Of a stretch of 64,000 nt of DNA, positions 1-11,004 are shown piece after piece. The DNA comes from an uncultured Verrucomicrobiae bacterium. Its GTDB lineage: Bacteria; Verrucomicrobiota; Verrucomicrobiia; Opitutales; Opitutaceae. Below the pieces are notes generated by a model, which did not search any database, had not been told where the DNA came from, and worked only from the letters and a program-made list of their open reading frames with translations. Within the stretch, counting starts at the first letter, position 1; every line of letters begins with the position of its first letter. The stretch is taken from positions 348,962 through 412,961 of the forward strand of contig CAWCPJ010000001.1 of assembly GCA_963797435.1 (NCBI GenBank), read 5' to 3'. Position numbers and translations under genes: made by a program.

Positions 1-1335
1 GCCAAGTTTGCGGCCACCCTCGGCGCCACGGAACATTTCCCGTTGCAAGCGTTCGTCGTGCTGCTCTCGCTGGTGGTCCTCGCCCTCGTCATCCAGTCCG
101 ACCACGCGCGCATGCGGCTGAGGCGATTTGTCAGCCGCCATTTCCAGCGGCCACGGGTCGATTTTCGCACGACCTGGCAGAAGTTCGCCGCTCATGCGAC
201 CACCGCGGAAGACAGCACCTCCCTCTGTCGCAACGTCGTGGCTTTGATTGCCGAGACGTTCGAGGTCCTGTGGGTAACCGCCTGGATCATGGGAGATCGC
301 CGCGACGCGCTGATCATCGCCGCATCGAGCGACTCGGCGACGGCCGACGCGCCGGAACCGCTGGCGGACGCCCATGCGGTGTCGGATCTTGTGCGTTACT
401 TCCATGATCACCCCGAGGCGATCGATCTTGAAGACGTCAAGGTCCCGTGGACGGAGGCACTGAAGCACTGGCATCCCAACGCCTTCACCACCGGAGGCCA
501 TCGTGTGGCCATTCCGTTGATCGCGCGCGGTGAACTCCTGGGCTTGATCATGGTGGGGGATCGCGTGGGCGGTGAGATTTTCACGCCAGCCGATCTCGAC
601 GTGTTCAAGTGCGTCGGCGACCACGTGGCCGCCAGCCTGCTGAATGCCCAACTCGCGCAGCGCCTGCTGCAGGTGAAGGAACTCGAGTCGTTTCAGCTGA
701 TGGCCACCTTTTTCGTCCACGATCTCAAGAACGCCGCCAACACGTTGAATCTCCTGCTGCGCAACCTGCCCGAGCACTTCCACGAGGCCGAGTTTCGCGA
801 AGATGCGCTGCGGGGTTGCGCCAAGACCGTCGACCACATGAACAGCCTGATCAGCCGGCTGACTGAATTGCGCCAGGAGCTGCGGGTGCAACCCACGGCA
901 ACCGACCTGAACGATTTCGTCCGCCGCGCGCTCGCGGAATTCCCCGCCTCGGACGCGATCACGGTCACTCAGGACCTGCGGCCGACGCCCCCGGTCCTGC
1001 TCGACGCCGAACAGATGCGCAAAGTTGTCGCGAATCTGCTGCTCAACGCGCGCGAGGCGATCAGCACAACGGGCACGATCCGGGTGACGACCCATCGCCA
1101 GAACGGCAAAGTCGAGCTGGCCGTCGCCGACACGGGATGCGGGATGAATCCGGAGTTCGTTCGCAAGTCGCTTTTCCGCCCCTTCCAGACCACCAAGCAA
1201 CGTGGTCTTGGCATCGGCATGTTTCAAACCAAGATGATCGTCGAAGCCCATGGTGGCCGCATTGATGTCGACAGCGCCCCGGGGCGCGGCACCACGTTTC
1301 GAATTAGCCTGCCATGTCCGGAACCGAGCGCGTGA
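1..1335 (+). CDS. prsK: PEP-CTERM-type sensor histidine kinase PrsK, 5' partial (frame open to the window edge)
   Basis: GAF-like region, H-box FFVHDLKNAANTLNLLL, HATPase_c motifs (DTGCGMNPEF, GLGIGMF). The reading frame has no stop back to nt 1. The 3' end overlaps prsR by 22 nt. Confidence 0.7.
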   Translation, partial: AKFAATLGATEHFPLQAFVVLLSLVVLALVIQSDHARMRLRRFVSRHFQRPRVDFRTTWQKFAAHATTAEDSTSLCRNVVALIAETFEVLWVTAWIMGDRRDALIIAASSDSATADAPEPLADAHAVSDLVRYFHDHPEAIDLEDVKVPWTEALKHWHPNAFTTGGHRVAIPLIARGELLGLIMVGDRVGGEIFTPADLDVFKCVGDHVAASLLNAQLAQRLLQVKELESFQLMATFFVHDLKNAANTLNLLLRNLPEHFHEAEFREDALRGCAKTVDHMNSLISRLTELRQELRVQPTATDLNDFVRRALAEFPASDAITVTQDLRPTPPVLLDAEQMRKVVANLLLNAREAISTTGTIRVTTHRQNGKVELAVADTGCGMNPEFVRKSLFRPFQTTKQRGLGIGMFQTKMIVEAHGGRIDVDSAPGRGTTFRISLPCPEPSA

Positions 1336-2699
1336 AACCTGTACTGCTCCTCGTCGACGACGATGACGAGATTCGCACCCAAATGAAATGGGCGCTTTCC
1401 GGCGCCTACGAGATCGTGCCGGCCGCCAACCAGGAGGACGCGGTCTCGCTCTTCACCCGCCGGCGACCTCCCGTCGTGCTGCTTGACCTGGGCCTGCCTC
1501 CGAACCCGAACACACCGGACGAAGGCCTCGCGGTGCTCAACCGGATCATCGAACTTGATCCCGGATGCAAGGTCATCGTGGTGACGGGACAGACGGAACG
1601 CGAGGTGGCGCTGCGCGCAATCGGCCAGGGAGCCTATGATTTCCTTTGCAAACCCGTCGACACGGACCTGCTGCGCCTTCTGCTCACCCGTGCCTTCCAT
1701 GTCGCCACCCTGGAGCGCGAGCACCGCGAACTGCAACTCCGCATGCAGGATGATGCCTTCGAGGGCATGCTGGGAACGAGCGCGCGCATCCAGAAGGTGT
1801 TCGAAGCACTGCGCAAGGTGGCGACGACGGATGCCCCCGTCCTCGTCCTCGGCGAGAGCGGCACGGGCAAGGAGATGGTTGCACGCGCGATTCACCAGCG
1901 CAGTGTGCGCCGGACGGGACCTTTCGTGGCCATCAACTGCGGCGCCATCCCGGAAAATCTTCTGGAGAGCGAACTATTCGGACACGAAAAGGGTGCCTTC
2001 ACCGGGGCGCATGTGCAGCGCAAGGGTCGGGTTGAACTTGCCGCCGGAGGCACGCTCTTCCTCGACGAGGTCGGCGAACTGCCGCCCCTGCTCCAGGTCA
2101 AGCTGCTCCGGTTCCTCCAGGAACAGTGCATCGAGCGGGTCGGCGGCCGCCAGGAGATCGCCGTGGACGCCCGGGTCGTGGCCGCGACCAACGCGGACCT
2201 GAGCAAGGTGATCGCGCAGGGCGGATTTCGTGAGGACCTCTACTACCGGCTTGCTGTCGTGGAGTTGACTTTGCCACCCCTGCGGGAGCGCGACGACGAC
2301 ATTCGTTTGCTCGCCCAATCCTTCCTCGGGCGTTACGCCGCCGACGCCGGCAAGACGGGGATTGCGTTCGGCGCCGATGCCCTCCGCGCCATCCTGCGTC
2401 ACGCCTGGCCGGGCAACGTGCGCGAATTGCAGAACCGCGTGCGTCGCGCCGTTATCATGACTGAATCGAAACGGATCAGCGCGGCCGATCTGGAACTGGA
2501 CGGCGCCGGTACCGGAGTCGCTGTCATCGGCCTGAAGGAGGCGCGCGAAAACGTTGAACGCGAGCTCGTCACGGCGGCCCTGCGCAAGCACGGGGGCAAG
2601 ATCGCACCGGCGGCGGTCGATCTCGGGATCAGCCGGCCGACCTTCTACGAGTTGATGGAGAAACTCGGTGTTCCCCGCGGCGACACGAACCGCGACTGA
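1314..2699 (+). CDS. prsR: sigma-54-dependent response regulator PrsR (NtrC family)
   Basis: Receiver domain with the LDLGLPP signature; AAA+ sigma-54 activator motifs GESGTGKE and GAFTGA; C-terminal HTH. Confidence 0.8.
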   Translation: MSGTERVKPVLLLVDDDDEIRTQMKWALSGAYEIVPAANQEDAVSLFTRRRPPVVLLDLGLPPNPNTPDEGLAVLNRIIELDPGCKVIVVTGQTEREVALRAIGQGAYDFLCKPVDTDLLRLLLTRAFHVATLEREHRELQLRMQDDAFEGMLGTSARIQKVFEALRKVATTDAPVLVLGESGTGKEMVARAIHQRSVRRTGPFVAINCGAIPENLLESELFGHEKGAFTGAHVQRKGRVELAAGGTLFLDEVGELPPLLQVKLLRFLQEQCIERVGGRQEIAVDARVVAATNADLSKVIAQGGFREDLYYRLAVVELTLPPLRERDDDIRLLAQSFLGRYAADAGKTGIAFGADALRAILRHAWPGNVRELQNRVRRAVIMTESKRISAADLELDGAGTGVAVIGLKEARENVERELVTAALRKHGGKIAPAAVDLGISRPTFYELMEKLGVPRGDTNRD

Positions 2700-2817
2700 C
2701 GCGGTTCATCACGCGGGTGGGAACCCGGAGGCGCAACCGTGTCTCGGAGGGTTTCTTCCCGTCCACCCGCCAACCCCGCCTTGCAACCGCGGCTGAGTAC
2801 TTACGGCAATCGCGTCA

Positions 2818-4831
2818 TCACTGGACGCTGTAGACTTCGACCAGCGCATTGCCCGTGGCACCGTTGACGCCGGAAACGACCACCGTGTAGACGCCGGGAT
2901 TCATCGTCACGACCGCGGCCGCATCCTTGCTGCCGGCCGGCAGCGGAAACGCGGATACCTGCGTGGCCACCGCGGCGATCTCGGCGGCGTCCGGTTCCTG
3001 GCTCCAGTTATCGTGCGTCAGCACGAGCGTGTCCGTGCCATCGGCATTGCGTCGATAGATATCCATTTTCGGATCGGTGACGGTGTTCGCGACGTTGTAG
3101 GGCGCCGGCGCCAATCCCGGTCCCACGGCCCGGATCAGCAGCGTTTTCGGTCCCTCCTGCGAGACGACAAAACCCGAGATCATCACCTCGCCGCCCGTGC
3201 CGACGTAGCCCCGGTTCGACATGTTGATCAGACTTGAACCCGAAGTGCCGGTATCGGCGTCGTAGATCTCGACGATCACGAGTCCATCCGCGCCCGTCGC
3301 ATCGTCGGCCATGATGGTATATTGGCCCGGGGCAAGATCGAGCAGGAGCACGGCATCATGACTGCCTTCCACAAGCGGAAATGCCGACACCTGATCAGTC
3401 ACCTGGCGGATCTCGGCAACGTTGGCGTTCGAGCCCCAGTCGCTGTTATTCGCGACGTCGACAAACGCGGCGCCGTTCCAGCGTTTGAGGGTCATCTGCG
3501 GATCCGGCAGGGCACCGGCCATGTTGAAAGGATCGGCCTGCAGTGTCGGACCCACCACCCGCAACAGCACACGCTTGTTCTGCGTCCCGGAGACGACGAA
3601 GCCGGGAATCAGACTCCCGGACCCTTGCCGGAACATGACGCGTGACGACAGATTCAGCATGCCGGAGCCGTCGGATGTGGCGCCGCCAAAAGTCACGGTG
3701 AAGCTCGAGGTGCTGGTGTTCAGGCCATCGCTCACGCTGACGGTGATCGTCGCCGATCCGGATTGTCCGTTGGCCGCAAAGACCGTGATCGACCGGGAGG
3801 CGCCCGAACCGGAGATCGCGATGTTCGAATCCGGTACCAGCGTCTGGTTGGACGAGGACGCGGACACCGTCAGCGCCGAACTGGAGCCGGAAATCGTAAA
3901 GGAAATCGGTCCCACCTGACCGCCGGAACTGGTCGTCTGGTTCGCGATGCTGGCGACCGTGGGTGTCGTGTTGCTCGCCGCGACCGGGGCGATTGCCATA
4001 TTCGAGACGGTCACCGACGCGCCTGCCGGAGTGGGTCCCACCAGGACGTTCAACGTGTCGAGACTGGAGACGGCATCCTGTTCCGTGCGGAAGCCCCAGT
4101 TGCTGCCCAAGGCAATCTCAGTGCCACCAGGGGGAGTCACGTAAATCGAATAAGCGTGTGCGGGAACATCGACGACAAGGCGAAAGGCGTAGGTGTCGCC
4201 AGCCACGTATGGAACCGTCGAAGCGGCGCTGTAGGTCCCGCCGTTGCGGGCATCAATGGTGCCCGCAGAAGAAAAACGCACGATTGCAGCAAGTCCGGCG
4301 TAGTCGGCGGGCTGTCCGAGCGCCAAACCGATCACCCCGTCCATGTTCCCGCTCGACGGGGTTGCCTGGAACGTCAGGGAAAAAGCGCCACTCAGTGACG
4401 AACCCAGGGCGATCGAAGCCATGCCCCCGCCCGCCGAACCGGTGATTGAACCGTTGATACCATCAGGCTGATTCGAGGACAGCGGAAGGATCACCGAGGC
4501 CGTGTTCGATACCTGAATCGCCCGCGGAATTGTATGCACGAACCCGATAATTGTAGGTGCCGCCCGTGCTCACGCCGGTGTCGATGTAGGAGACGACATT
4601 GGCCGTCACGGTGGCAATCTGGGCAAATGCACCGGAACCGGTGGCGCGTTCGATCTTGAAACCGGACTCGTTGTTGGAGCCGTCTGCCCAGGTGAGGGAA
4701 ACCTGCACCGCCCGGGCTTCGCTCGCGCCCAGGGCCAGCATGAGCAGAAGTCCCCCACCCCACCGAAGAAGTCCGGAAAGACCGCTCCAACCACCCTGTT
4801 TGCTGAATGCGCAGTTCTTCACTAAGCGCAT
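2818..4831 (-). pseudogene. secreted FN3 / Ig-like / tandem ~135-aa repeat-domain surface protein, interrupted by a +1 frameshift near 4505-4540 (paralog of the downstream gene)
   Basis: The N-terminal signal peptide and FN3 domain are in ORF 4463-4831 and the remainder in ORF 2818-4539. Junction (..AYNSAGDSG | SNTASVILPLSS..) lines up with SSGYSNTASARLLAL in the intact paralog. Removing one base restores the frame. Confidence 0.6.
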
Positions 4832-5061
4832 CCCTTCGAATGGTTGAGTCCACGCTGAAGACCCCTCCGGGCATTTGACCGCTAATTGCGAATACCTGAG
4901 TGTTTCCCGCGAGCGGCTGCGGGAATCCCGGCGACCGCCTCTGTGTAGTTACCGGCGAGACACGACCGAAGAGGCGTGATTTTCACCTCTCCAATGGCGC
5001 GATCCTCCGGTCGCGCGCCAGCGAAGTTCGCCCGTTCGGCCCGTCACCACCGGAAAACTAC

Positions 5062-6798
5062 CTACGGGGCAGTGTAGAGTTCCATCAACGCCACGCCGAC
5101 GTCCGGATTTCCGCCAGGCGTGATCGGCGCGCCCCGGACGATCAAGGTATACGCCCCCGGCAATAGGGTCGCAACCAAAGCGGCGTCACGGCCGCCCGGC
5201 AACAGTGGAAACGTCGCCAGGCCAGCCGATACACTGGCCGTGTAGTCGTGGTCGGGATTGTCCTCCCAGTTGTCGTTGGACAGGATCAAGCGCTGCTCTC
5301 CCGACCCGTCTGCACCATAAATCTCCATGATCGGATCGGCCAACGCGCCGGCTACGTGGTAAGGCGCCCCGGCGAGCTGCGGACCTATGGCCCGTAAAAG
5401 GAGCGTCAAAGGGCCCTCTTGCGAAATCACGAAGCCCAGGATCATCACGTTCTCTCCGGTGCCCACGTAGCCGCGGTTCGACAGGTTGGACAGGGATGCA
5501 CCCGACGAATTCGGATCGACATCGTAGAGTTCGACCAATGACACGCCCTTCCGATCAGCCTCGTCGTCGACCACCATGGTGAATTGTCCAGGGGAAAGGG
5601 ACACGAGCAACGCGGCATCCCTGGACTCCCCGGGGAGTTCGAAAGCACCGACGGCTGCGGCCGCCGTCTGCACGGCTTTGGTGTCCACGCGGGAACTCCA
5701 GTCCGTGCTTTGGGCGATGTTCGCATAGTCGCGGCCCGTCCACGTCTTCAATGTCAGCCGGGGATTCGGCAACGGCACCGGAATGTTGAACGGCGCCAGG
5801 GTCAGGGTCGGTCCGACCGCGCGTATGAGCAGGTGTTTCGTTCCTGTCCCAGAGACCACCAAGCCGGGAATGAGCACATTGTCGGCCTTTCCGCACCAGG
5901 CCCGCGTGGACAGGTTGAGTAACCGGGAGTTGCCGGCCTTCGCGGAATCCACCGTCACGGTTGCGTTCTCGCTCATCACCGACAGGCCCGCGGAAGTGGC
6001 GCGCACCCGGTAGGATCCCGCGTGAAAACGCTGGGCGCTGGGAATGACGAGCTCAGGACTTGTCGCACCCGCGATCTCGTTTCCGTTCTGCAACCACTGG
6101 TATGCAACGGTTCCGGGCGCTTTGGCGGCCGCGCGCAACACAAACTGCGCTCCCGCACCGACGTGCGTGGAGGCGGGAGCGACCGTGAACACCGGCGCTG
6201 CTTCGGTCACAGCGACCTTCACCTCAAAATTGAGCTTCGTCACCAGTGCTCCGTCGGAGATGGTGATGGTGATCGTCGTCGAACCCGCGCGTGCGGCCGA
6301 TGTGTCCACCGTCAACGTGCGGCTCGTGCCGGTACCATTCAGTTGGAGGGCGGATAGCGGCACGACCGCTGAATTTGACGACGCGATTTTCACTACCGGC
6401 CCGCTTGGATTCACTCCCATGCTGGTAATCTTGATGGGAATCACGTGGGCCGTGGTTCCGAGCGGTACGCTCTGGTTCGCGATCGCGGCGATCCTTGGTC
6501 CCACGAGGTCGGCGGCAAGCGCAAGCAGGCGCGCGGACGCGGTGTTCGAATAGCCGGACGAGCCAGCCTTATTGAAGGCGCGAATACGGTAGCTGTAGAG
6601 AATGTCCGGCCGCGCATCAGTGTCGATGTAGCTGGTCGAATTCTTACCGACGCTTGCGATCTGCTTCCAGCTTTCACGAGCGGAACTGCGCTCGATGCGG
6701 AACCCCGCCTCGTTGTCGGAATTGTCCCGCCACGTGAGACGAATGTCGCTCGCCAGCGCGGAGGCAGCGAAAACCGCGAAGGCGAGCGCGGCAATCAT
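5062..6798 (-). CDS. secreted FN3 / Ig-like / tandem repeat-domain surface protein (putative adhesin)
   Basis: Signal peptide MIAALAFAVFAASALA; FN3 motif (YSYRIRAFNKAGSSG); two ~135-aa internal repeats with shared motifs (LLNLSTR / LSNLSNR, LLIRAVGPTL / LLLRAIGPQL). ATG confirmed at 6796-6798 on the minus strand. Confidence 0.65.
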   Translation of the reverse strand: MIAALAFAVFAASALASDIRLTWRDNSDNEAGFRIERSSARESWKQIASVGKNSTSYIDTDARPDILYSYRIRAFNKAGSSGYSNTASARLLALAADLVGPRIAAIANQSVPLGTTAHVIPIKITSMGVNPSGPVVKIASSNSAVVPLSALQLNGTGTSRTLTVDTSAARAGSTTITITISDGALVTKLNFEVKVAVTEAAPVFTVAPASTHVGAGAQFVLRAAAKAPGTVAYQWLQNGNEIAGATSPELVIPSAQRFHAGSYRVRATSAGLSVMSENATVTVDSAKAGNSRLLNLSTRAWCGKADNVLIPGLVVSGTGTKHLLIRAVGPTLTLAPFNIPVPLPNPRLTLKTWTGRDYANIAQSTDWSSRVDTKAVQTAAAAVGAFELPGESRDAALLVSLSPGQFTMVVDDEADRKGVSLVELYDVDPNSSGASLSNLSNRGYVGTGENVMILGFVISQEGPLTLLLRAIGPQLAGAPYHVAGALADPIMEIYGADGSGEQRLILSNDNWEDNPDHDYTASVSAGLATFPLLPGGRDAALVATLLPGAYTLIVRGAPITPGGNPDVGVALMELYTAP

Positions 6799-7329
6799 CC
6801 GTCTTCGATGATTGCCGCCCGCAGAAATCCTGGGGCGGATCAGCGAGGTCTGGCTCGGGGAGCAAGCGGCGTTTTCGTTTCGGGAAGGTTGGTCGGTGCG
6901 GCAGCGGATATGTTCAACCACGTCGTTGGCAGTCGGTGATGTTGGGAGCGCTCGGGGGCGTCACGCTCGGGACGGTTCAAGGTAGATCCGCGGGTCCGAC
7001 CGCACTTCACGTGTCGTGTGCCGAGTTTTCCTGCAAAAAGCATCGTAGTCTCCCCATTTTCCCCTGCAATTAGCACGACTGATGTCGCGTGCCTCATGAA
7101 TTGGAGACGTTGCCGTGCAAGTTACGGCCGCCATGGTCTTGCCGTTGCTCCTGCCGACATGAAAGCGGCTTCATCGGCGAACGCCCTCCGCGGTGAATCC
7201 GCACGTGGGGACCAGTTCCGCAATGGAACGCTCGCGCGTTCCGCTACGGAAAACGCAACTGCAGCTGCTCCCGCCGGGCTGTCCACTCTCCCGCCGATCC
7301 TCACGCCGACTGCCGGGCGTGTACGGCGG

Positions 7330-7653
7330 TCACGCCGACGTCACATCATAGACCACGACCTTCGACCAGAGCGGCGAGCAATCCTGCACGAATTTCTGAT
7401 GGATCGAATGCGCCTGATAGGTGTTCTGCGCCTCGATGTCGTCGAAGAAGAACAGTTCCGAGGCGCTGTAACTGTCGTCGACGACGTCTCGTTTTTCCGT
7501 CGGAGCGGGCACCCCGAGGTGCAGCGCGCGCACCGTCGGAATCGCGGCGAGCGTCCGCAGGCCGGCGAGCAGCTTGTCGAGGTCCGCCTGCGAATGCGGG
7601 TTTTTCAGCCAGAAGAAAACGTGGTGAACGATCGGGGGAAGGTTGCCTTGCAT
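7330..7653 (-). CDS. Dabb-family stress-responsive A/B-barrel protein
   Basis: ~107 aa, [10 protein letters not shown] ... VVYDV, typical of the Dabb/stress-responsive domain. Start set to the internal ATG at 7651-7653. Confidence 0.55.
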   Translation of the reverse strand: MQGNLPPIVHHVFFWLKNPHSQADLDKLLAGLRTLAAIPTVRALHLGVPAPTEKRDVVDDSYSASELFFFDDIEAQNTYQAHSIHQKFVQDCSPLWSKVVVYDVTSA

Positions 7654-7904
7654 GGAAATGAGGGTGTCAGCCGCAAACCGGACACGTGGGGGTGCGGGAA
7701 CCGGATGGCGGAAGACGGCGAAAAAACGCACGTGGTCACGCTGTAAACGGGAAATCCCATGGTCCGACGGAAAACCGGGCCACGCTTGCCCAGGTCAACG
7801 GCGCTCGTGGAAACCTGCCAGCACGAGAAAAGTGCGGCCCCGAACCCGCATCACCCGCCGTAAGGCATTGCCAAGCGCTCCGTCGTTTTTTCCCTTAGCG
7901 GCTT

Positions 7905-8918
7905 ATGAATCCCCCCCGTCCGTGGGCCGGCAAAGTCACCGCGGAGATCGGCCAGGCCGTCCTCGGCCAGGCCACCGTGGTCGAACGCCTGTTGGTCGCG
8001 CTGCTTGCCAACGGCCATGTGCTGCTCGAAGGCATGCCCGGTCTGGCGAAGACGCTGCTCGTGCGGAGCCTGGGTGCGGCGCTGGGACTGAAATTCGAGC
8101 GCATCCAGTTCACGCCCGACCTTCTGCCGAGCGATGTCGTCGGCACGATGGTGTTCCAGCCGCACAGCGGGCAGTTCGTCCCGCATCTGGGCCCGATCTT
8201 CGCCAATCTGGTGCTGGCGGACGAAATCAATCGCGCTCCCGCCAAGGTCCAGAGCGCCCTGCTCGAGGCGATGCAGGAACGCCAGGTGACGATCGGCGGC
8301 ACGTCGCACCGACTGCCGCATCCGTTTTTCGTGATGGCGACACAGAATCCCGTCGAACAGGAGGGCACGTATCCGCTGCCGGAGGCGCAACGCGACCGTT
8401 TCCTGTTCAAGCTCGTCGTGGATTACCCGGCGGAGGCTGATGAGCGCGAGATGATGCGCCGCTGGGGCCAGGTGACGAGGCAACCGGAACTCGCCGCCGT
8501 CTCGAACGACGCCGAATTGCTCGCCCTGCGCGAGGAGGTGGACGCGATTCACGTGGCCGACAGCATCCAGGACTACGCCCTCGCGCTGGTGCGCGAGACC
8601 CGGGCAATTGCCGTTGGCGTCAACAACGGACACGGCGGTGGAGGCGGCGCGGCGAGCACGCGCCCGCTGCTCGCCTACGGCGCGTCGCCCCGCGCCTCGA
8701 TCGGCCTCTACCAGGCCGGCAAGGCCCTCGCGTGGCTCCGCGCTCTCGATCACGTGCCACCGGCGATCATCCAGGATATTTTCCTCGACGTGATGCGCCA
8801 CCGCATCGGCCTGACTTACGAAGCCGAGGCCGAAGGACTCAATGCCGACGCCATCCTGCGGCAGGTGCTCGACCGCACGCCGGTGCCGGAAGGTGCCGTG
8901 CACCAGCGCGCGTCATGA
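7905..8918 (+). CDS. moxR: MoxR-family AAA+ ATPase
   Basis: Walker A GMPGLAKT; MoxR signature region; first gene of the Bat-like operon. Confidence 0.85.
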   Translation: MNPPRPWAGKVTAEIGQAVLGQATVVERLLVALLANGHVLLEGMPGLAKTLLVRSLGAALGLKFERIQFTPDLLPSDVVGTMVFQPHSGQFVPHLGPIFANLVLADEINRAPAKVQSALLEAMQERQVTIGGTSHRLPHPFFVMATQNPVEQEGTYPLPEAQRDRFLFKLVVDYPAEADEREMMRRWGQVTRQPELAAVSNDAELLALREEVDAIHVADSIQDYALALVRETRAIAVGVNNGHGGGGGAASTRPLLAYGASPRASIGLYQAGKALAWLRALDHVPPAIIQDIFLDVMRHRIGLTYEAEAEGLNADAILRQVLDRTPVPEGAVHQRAS

Positions 8919-9030
8919 TGGTCCTCGCGGCAAAGCGGGAGCCGGCTCGCACGCGGACTGCGTCCGGAGGTTTCCTCAAGGTGCGGACGCATGGTGGGCG
9001 TCTCCAGGACCGCGGGAGATCCGATCACTG

Positions 9031-9954
9031 ATGCCGGCGCCGGCTGCTCGTCCGTCGTCCACCGACAGCGCGCGCAACCTCGCGTTGCTGCGCCGCCTCG
9101 AATGGCGCGTCCGGCACGCCGTGGCCACCGTGCTCACCGGGGAATATCGCTCGTCGTTTCGGGGCCGGGGCATGGAGTTCGACCAGGTGGTCAAGTACAC
9201 CTTCGGGGACGACGTGCGCGACATCGACTGGAATGTCACCGCCCGCCTCGGCGAACCCTATCGCAAGAAATTTGTCGAGGAGCGCGAGGTATGCCTGCTG
9301 CTCGTGTTCGAGGATTCGCCGGCGTTGCAGTTCGGTTCAGCCGATCGCACGCGGCGGGAAACCCTCCTCGAACTCGCTGCCTTGCTGATGCTGCTCGGCG
9401 CCGTGAACCGCGATCGCGTCGGTCTCATCTACGCCTCCCCGACGGGTCACTGGTTCCAGCGTCCCCTGCCCGGCCGCGCCGTGATCATGCACACGGCCGC
9501 CCAACTGCTCGGGCAGCCACCGCCCCCGCTGCCGGGTGCCAGCCCGGAAGTCACGGTCCCGTGGTCGCTCGTGCAGCGGGCCGCACCGAGGCACAGCGTG
9601 TTGCTCTGGCTCGGCCCGTATGCACCGGGACCGGAGCCGGAAGGCTGGCGGGTCCTGCGCCGGCGTTTTCAGGCGATGGGGTTTCGCGCCGACGACCCGT
9701 GGGATCGGGAACTGCCGGACGTCGCGAACCTCTCCGTGTTCGACCCGCTCGCCGGACGGATCACGACGCTCAATCCCCGTTCGAACGCGCAGCGTCGGGC
9801 CCATGCCGAGTGGGTCGCGAAACGCGACGCCCACTTCAGTTCGCTCCTCCCGAATTCGCTCGACCGGCTCGCCCTGCGCACGGACGAACCGGTGTTCGAG
9901 GCCATGGTCAACTTCTTCCGGCGCCGCGCACGCGTCGCCGCCACCGCACGATGA
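9031..9954 (+). CDS. DUF58 domain protein (MoxR partner)
   Basis: DUF58 motif DIDWNVTARLGEPYRKKF. ATG at 9031, immediately after moxR. Confidence 0.75.
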   Translation: MPAPAARPSSTDSARNLALLRRLEWRVRHAVATVLTGEYRSSFRGRGMEFDQVVKYTFGDDVRDIDWNVTARLGEPYRKKFVEEREVCLLLVFEDSPALQFGSADRTRRETLLELAALLMLLGAVNRDRVGLIYASPTGHWFQRPLPGRAVIMHTAAQLLGQPPPPLPGASPEVTVPWSLVQRAAPRHSVLLWLGPYAPGPEPEGWRVLRRRFQAMGFRADDPWDRELPDVANLSVFDPLAGRITTLNPRSNAQRRAHAEWVAKRDAHFSSLLPNSLDRLALRTDEPVFEAMVNFFRRRARVAATAR

Positions 9955-9984
9955 AGCCCGTCCTTCCCGTCCGGCACCGAAGCC

Positions 9985-11004
9985 ATGAGTAACTGGTCAC
10001 TCCATGATCCCTGGTGGCTGCTCGCGCTGCTGCTGGTGCCGCTCGTCGCGTTCCTGCGCGAGTGGCGGCGATCGCCCGTGCTCGTCGTCCCGTTCGCCGC
10101 GGAGTGGCACCGGCCCGGCCCCGCCGCGCTGACGTCGTGGCCCGCGGTGTTGAGTTATCTGGGCATCGCGTTGCTCGTGGCCGCACTCGCCCGGCCGCAA
10201 CTGGTGGACGAGAAACACGAAACCCAGCAGGAAGGCTATGACATCATCCTGGCGGTCGACCTCTCGACGAGCATGTATGCGGAGGATTTTCAAAAGGATG
10301 GTCGTCCGATCAACCGGCTGCAGGCGATCAAGCCCGTGCTCGAGGCTTTCATCGATCGCCGGGCCAACGACCGCATCGGCATCGTCGTTTTCGCCGGCCG
10401 CGCCTATACGCTCGCACCATTGACGTTCGATCACGCCTGGCTGCGCGAACAGACCAGCCGCCTGCGCATCGGCCTCGTCGAGGATCAAACCGCGATCGGC
10501 GACGGCTTCGGCGTCGCGCTCTCGCGTCTGGAACAGGGCCGCCGCGAACTCGGCCGGAAACGCGACGGCGCCTTCGTCGTCCTGCTGACCGATGGCGAAA
10601 ACAACGCCGGGCTCCTCGATCCGCACGACGTCCTCAAGCTCGCCGTCCAGCGCGGCGTGAAGGTCTACACCATCGGCGCCGGCCGCGAGGGCTTCGTGCC
10701 GATGCCGGTCTTCGACCAGTCCGGGCGACGCCTGGGCACGGAACCTCGATACTCCCACGTGGACGAAAGCCTCCTGCGCGAAATGGCGGAAAAGACCGGT
10801 GGTCGCTACTTCCGCGCCGACGAGGCGCATGCGGTCGACGAGGCCTTTGCCACGATCGACCGCGCCCAGAAGATCGACTTCGAGGCGCGCACGTCCGTGG
10901 TGACCGAGGAACTTTTTCCCTGGCTCGCCCTGCCCGGCATCGGCCTGCTCGTGATCGCATTGCTCGGCGCCGCGCGGCTCGCCCGGCAGGAGGCTCACGC
11001 ATGA
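9985..11004 (+). CDS. batA: VWA-domain aerotolerance protein BatA
   Basis: N-terminal TM segments, VWA MIDAS motif (DLSTSM) and the BatA-like layout. Confidence 0.8.
   Translation: MSNWSLHDPWWLLALLLVPLVAFLREWRRSPVLVVPFAAEWHRPGPAALTSWPAVLSYLGIALLVAALARPQLVDEKHETQQEGYDIILAVDLSTSMYAEDFQKDGRPINRLQAIKPVLEAFIDRRANDRIGIVVFAGRAYTLAPLTFDHAWLREQTSRLRIGLVEDQTAIGDGFGVALSRLEQGRRELGRKRDGAFVVLLTDGENNAGLLDPHDVLKLAVQRGVKVYTIGAGREGFVPMPVFDQSGRRLGTEPRYSHVDESLLREMAEKTGGRYFRADEAHAVDEAFATIDRAQKIDFEARTSVVTEELFPWLALPGIGLLVIALLGAARLARQEAHA

Noticed and set aside
7654-7904. A palindromic GGCATTGCC plus T-run (ccgtcgttttttccc) in the moxR/Dabb divergent intergenic region, considered as a possible terminator.
   Set aside because: The T-run is on the + strand, upstream of moxR (+) and downstream of nothing on that strand. 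The stem is short. It is more likely part of the promoter/5'-UTR region than a terminator.
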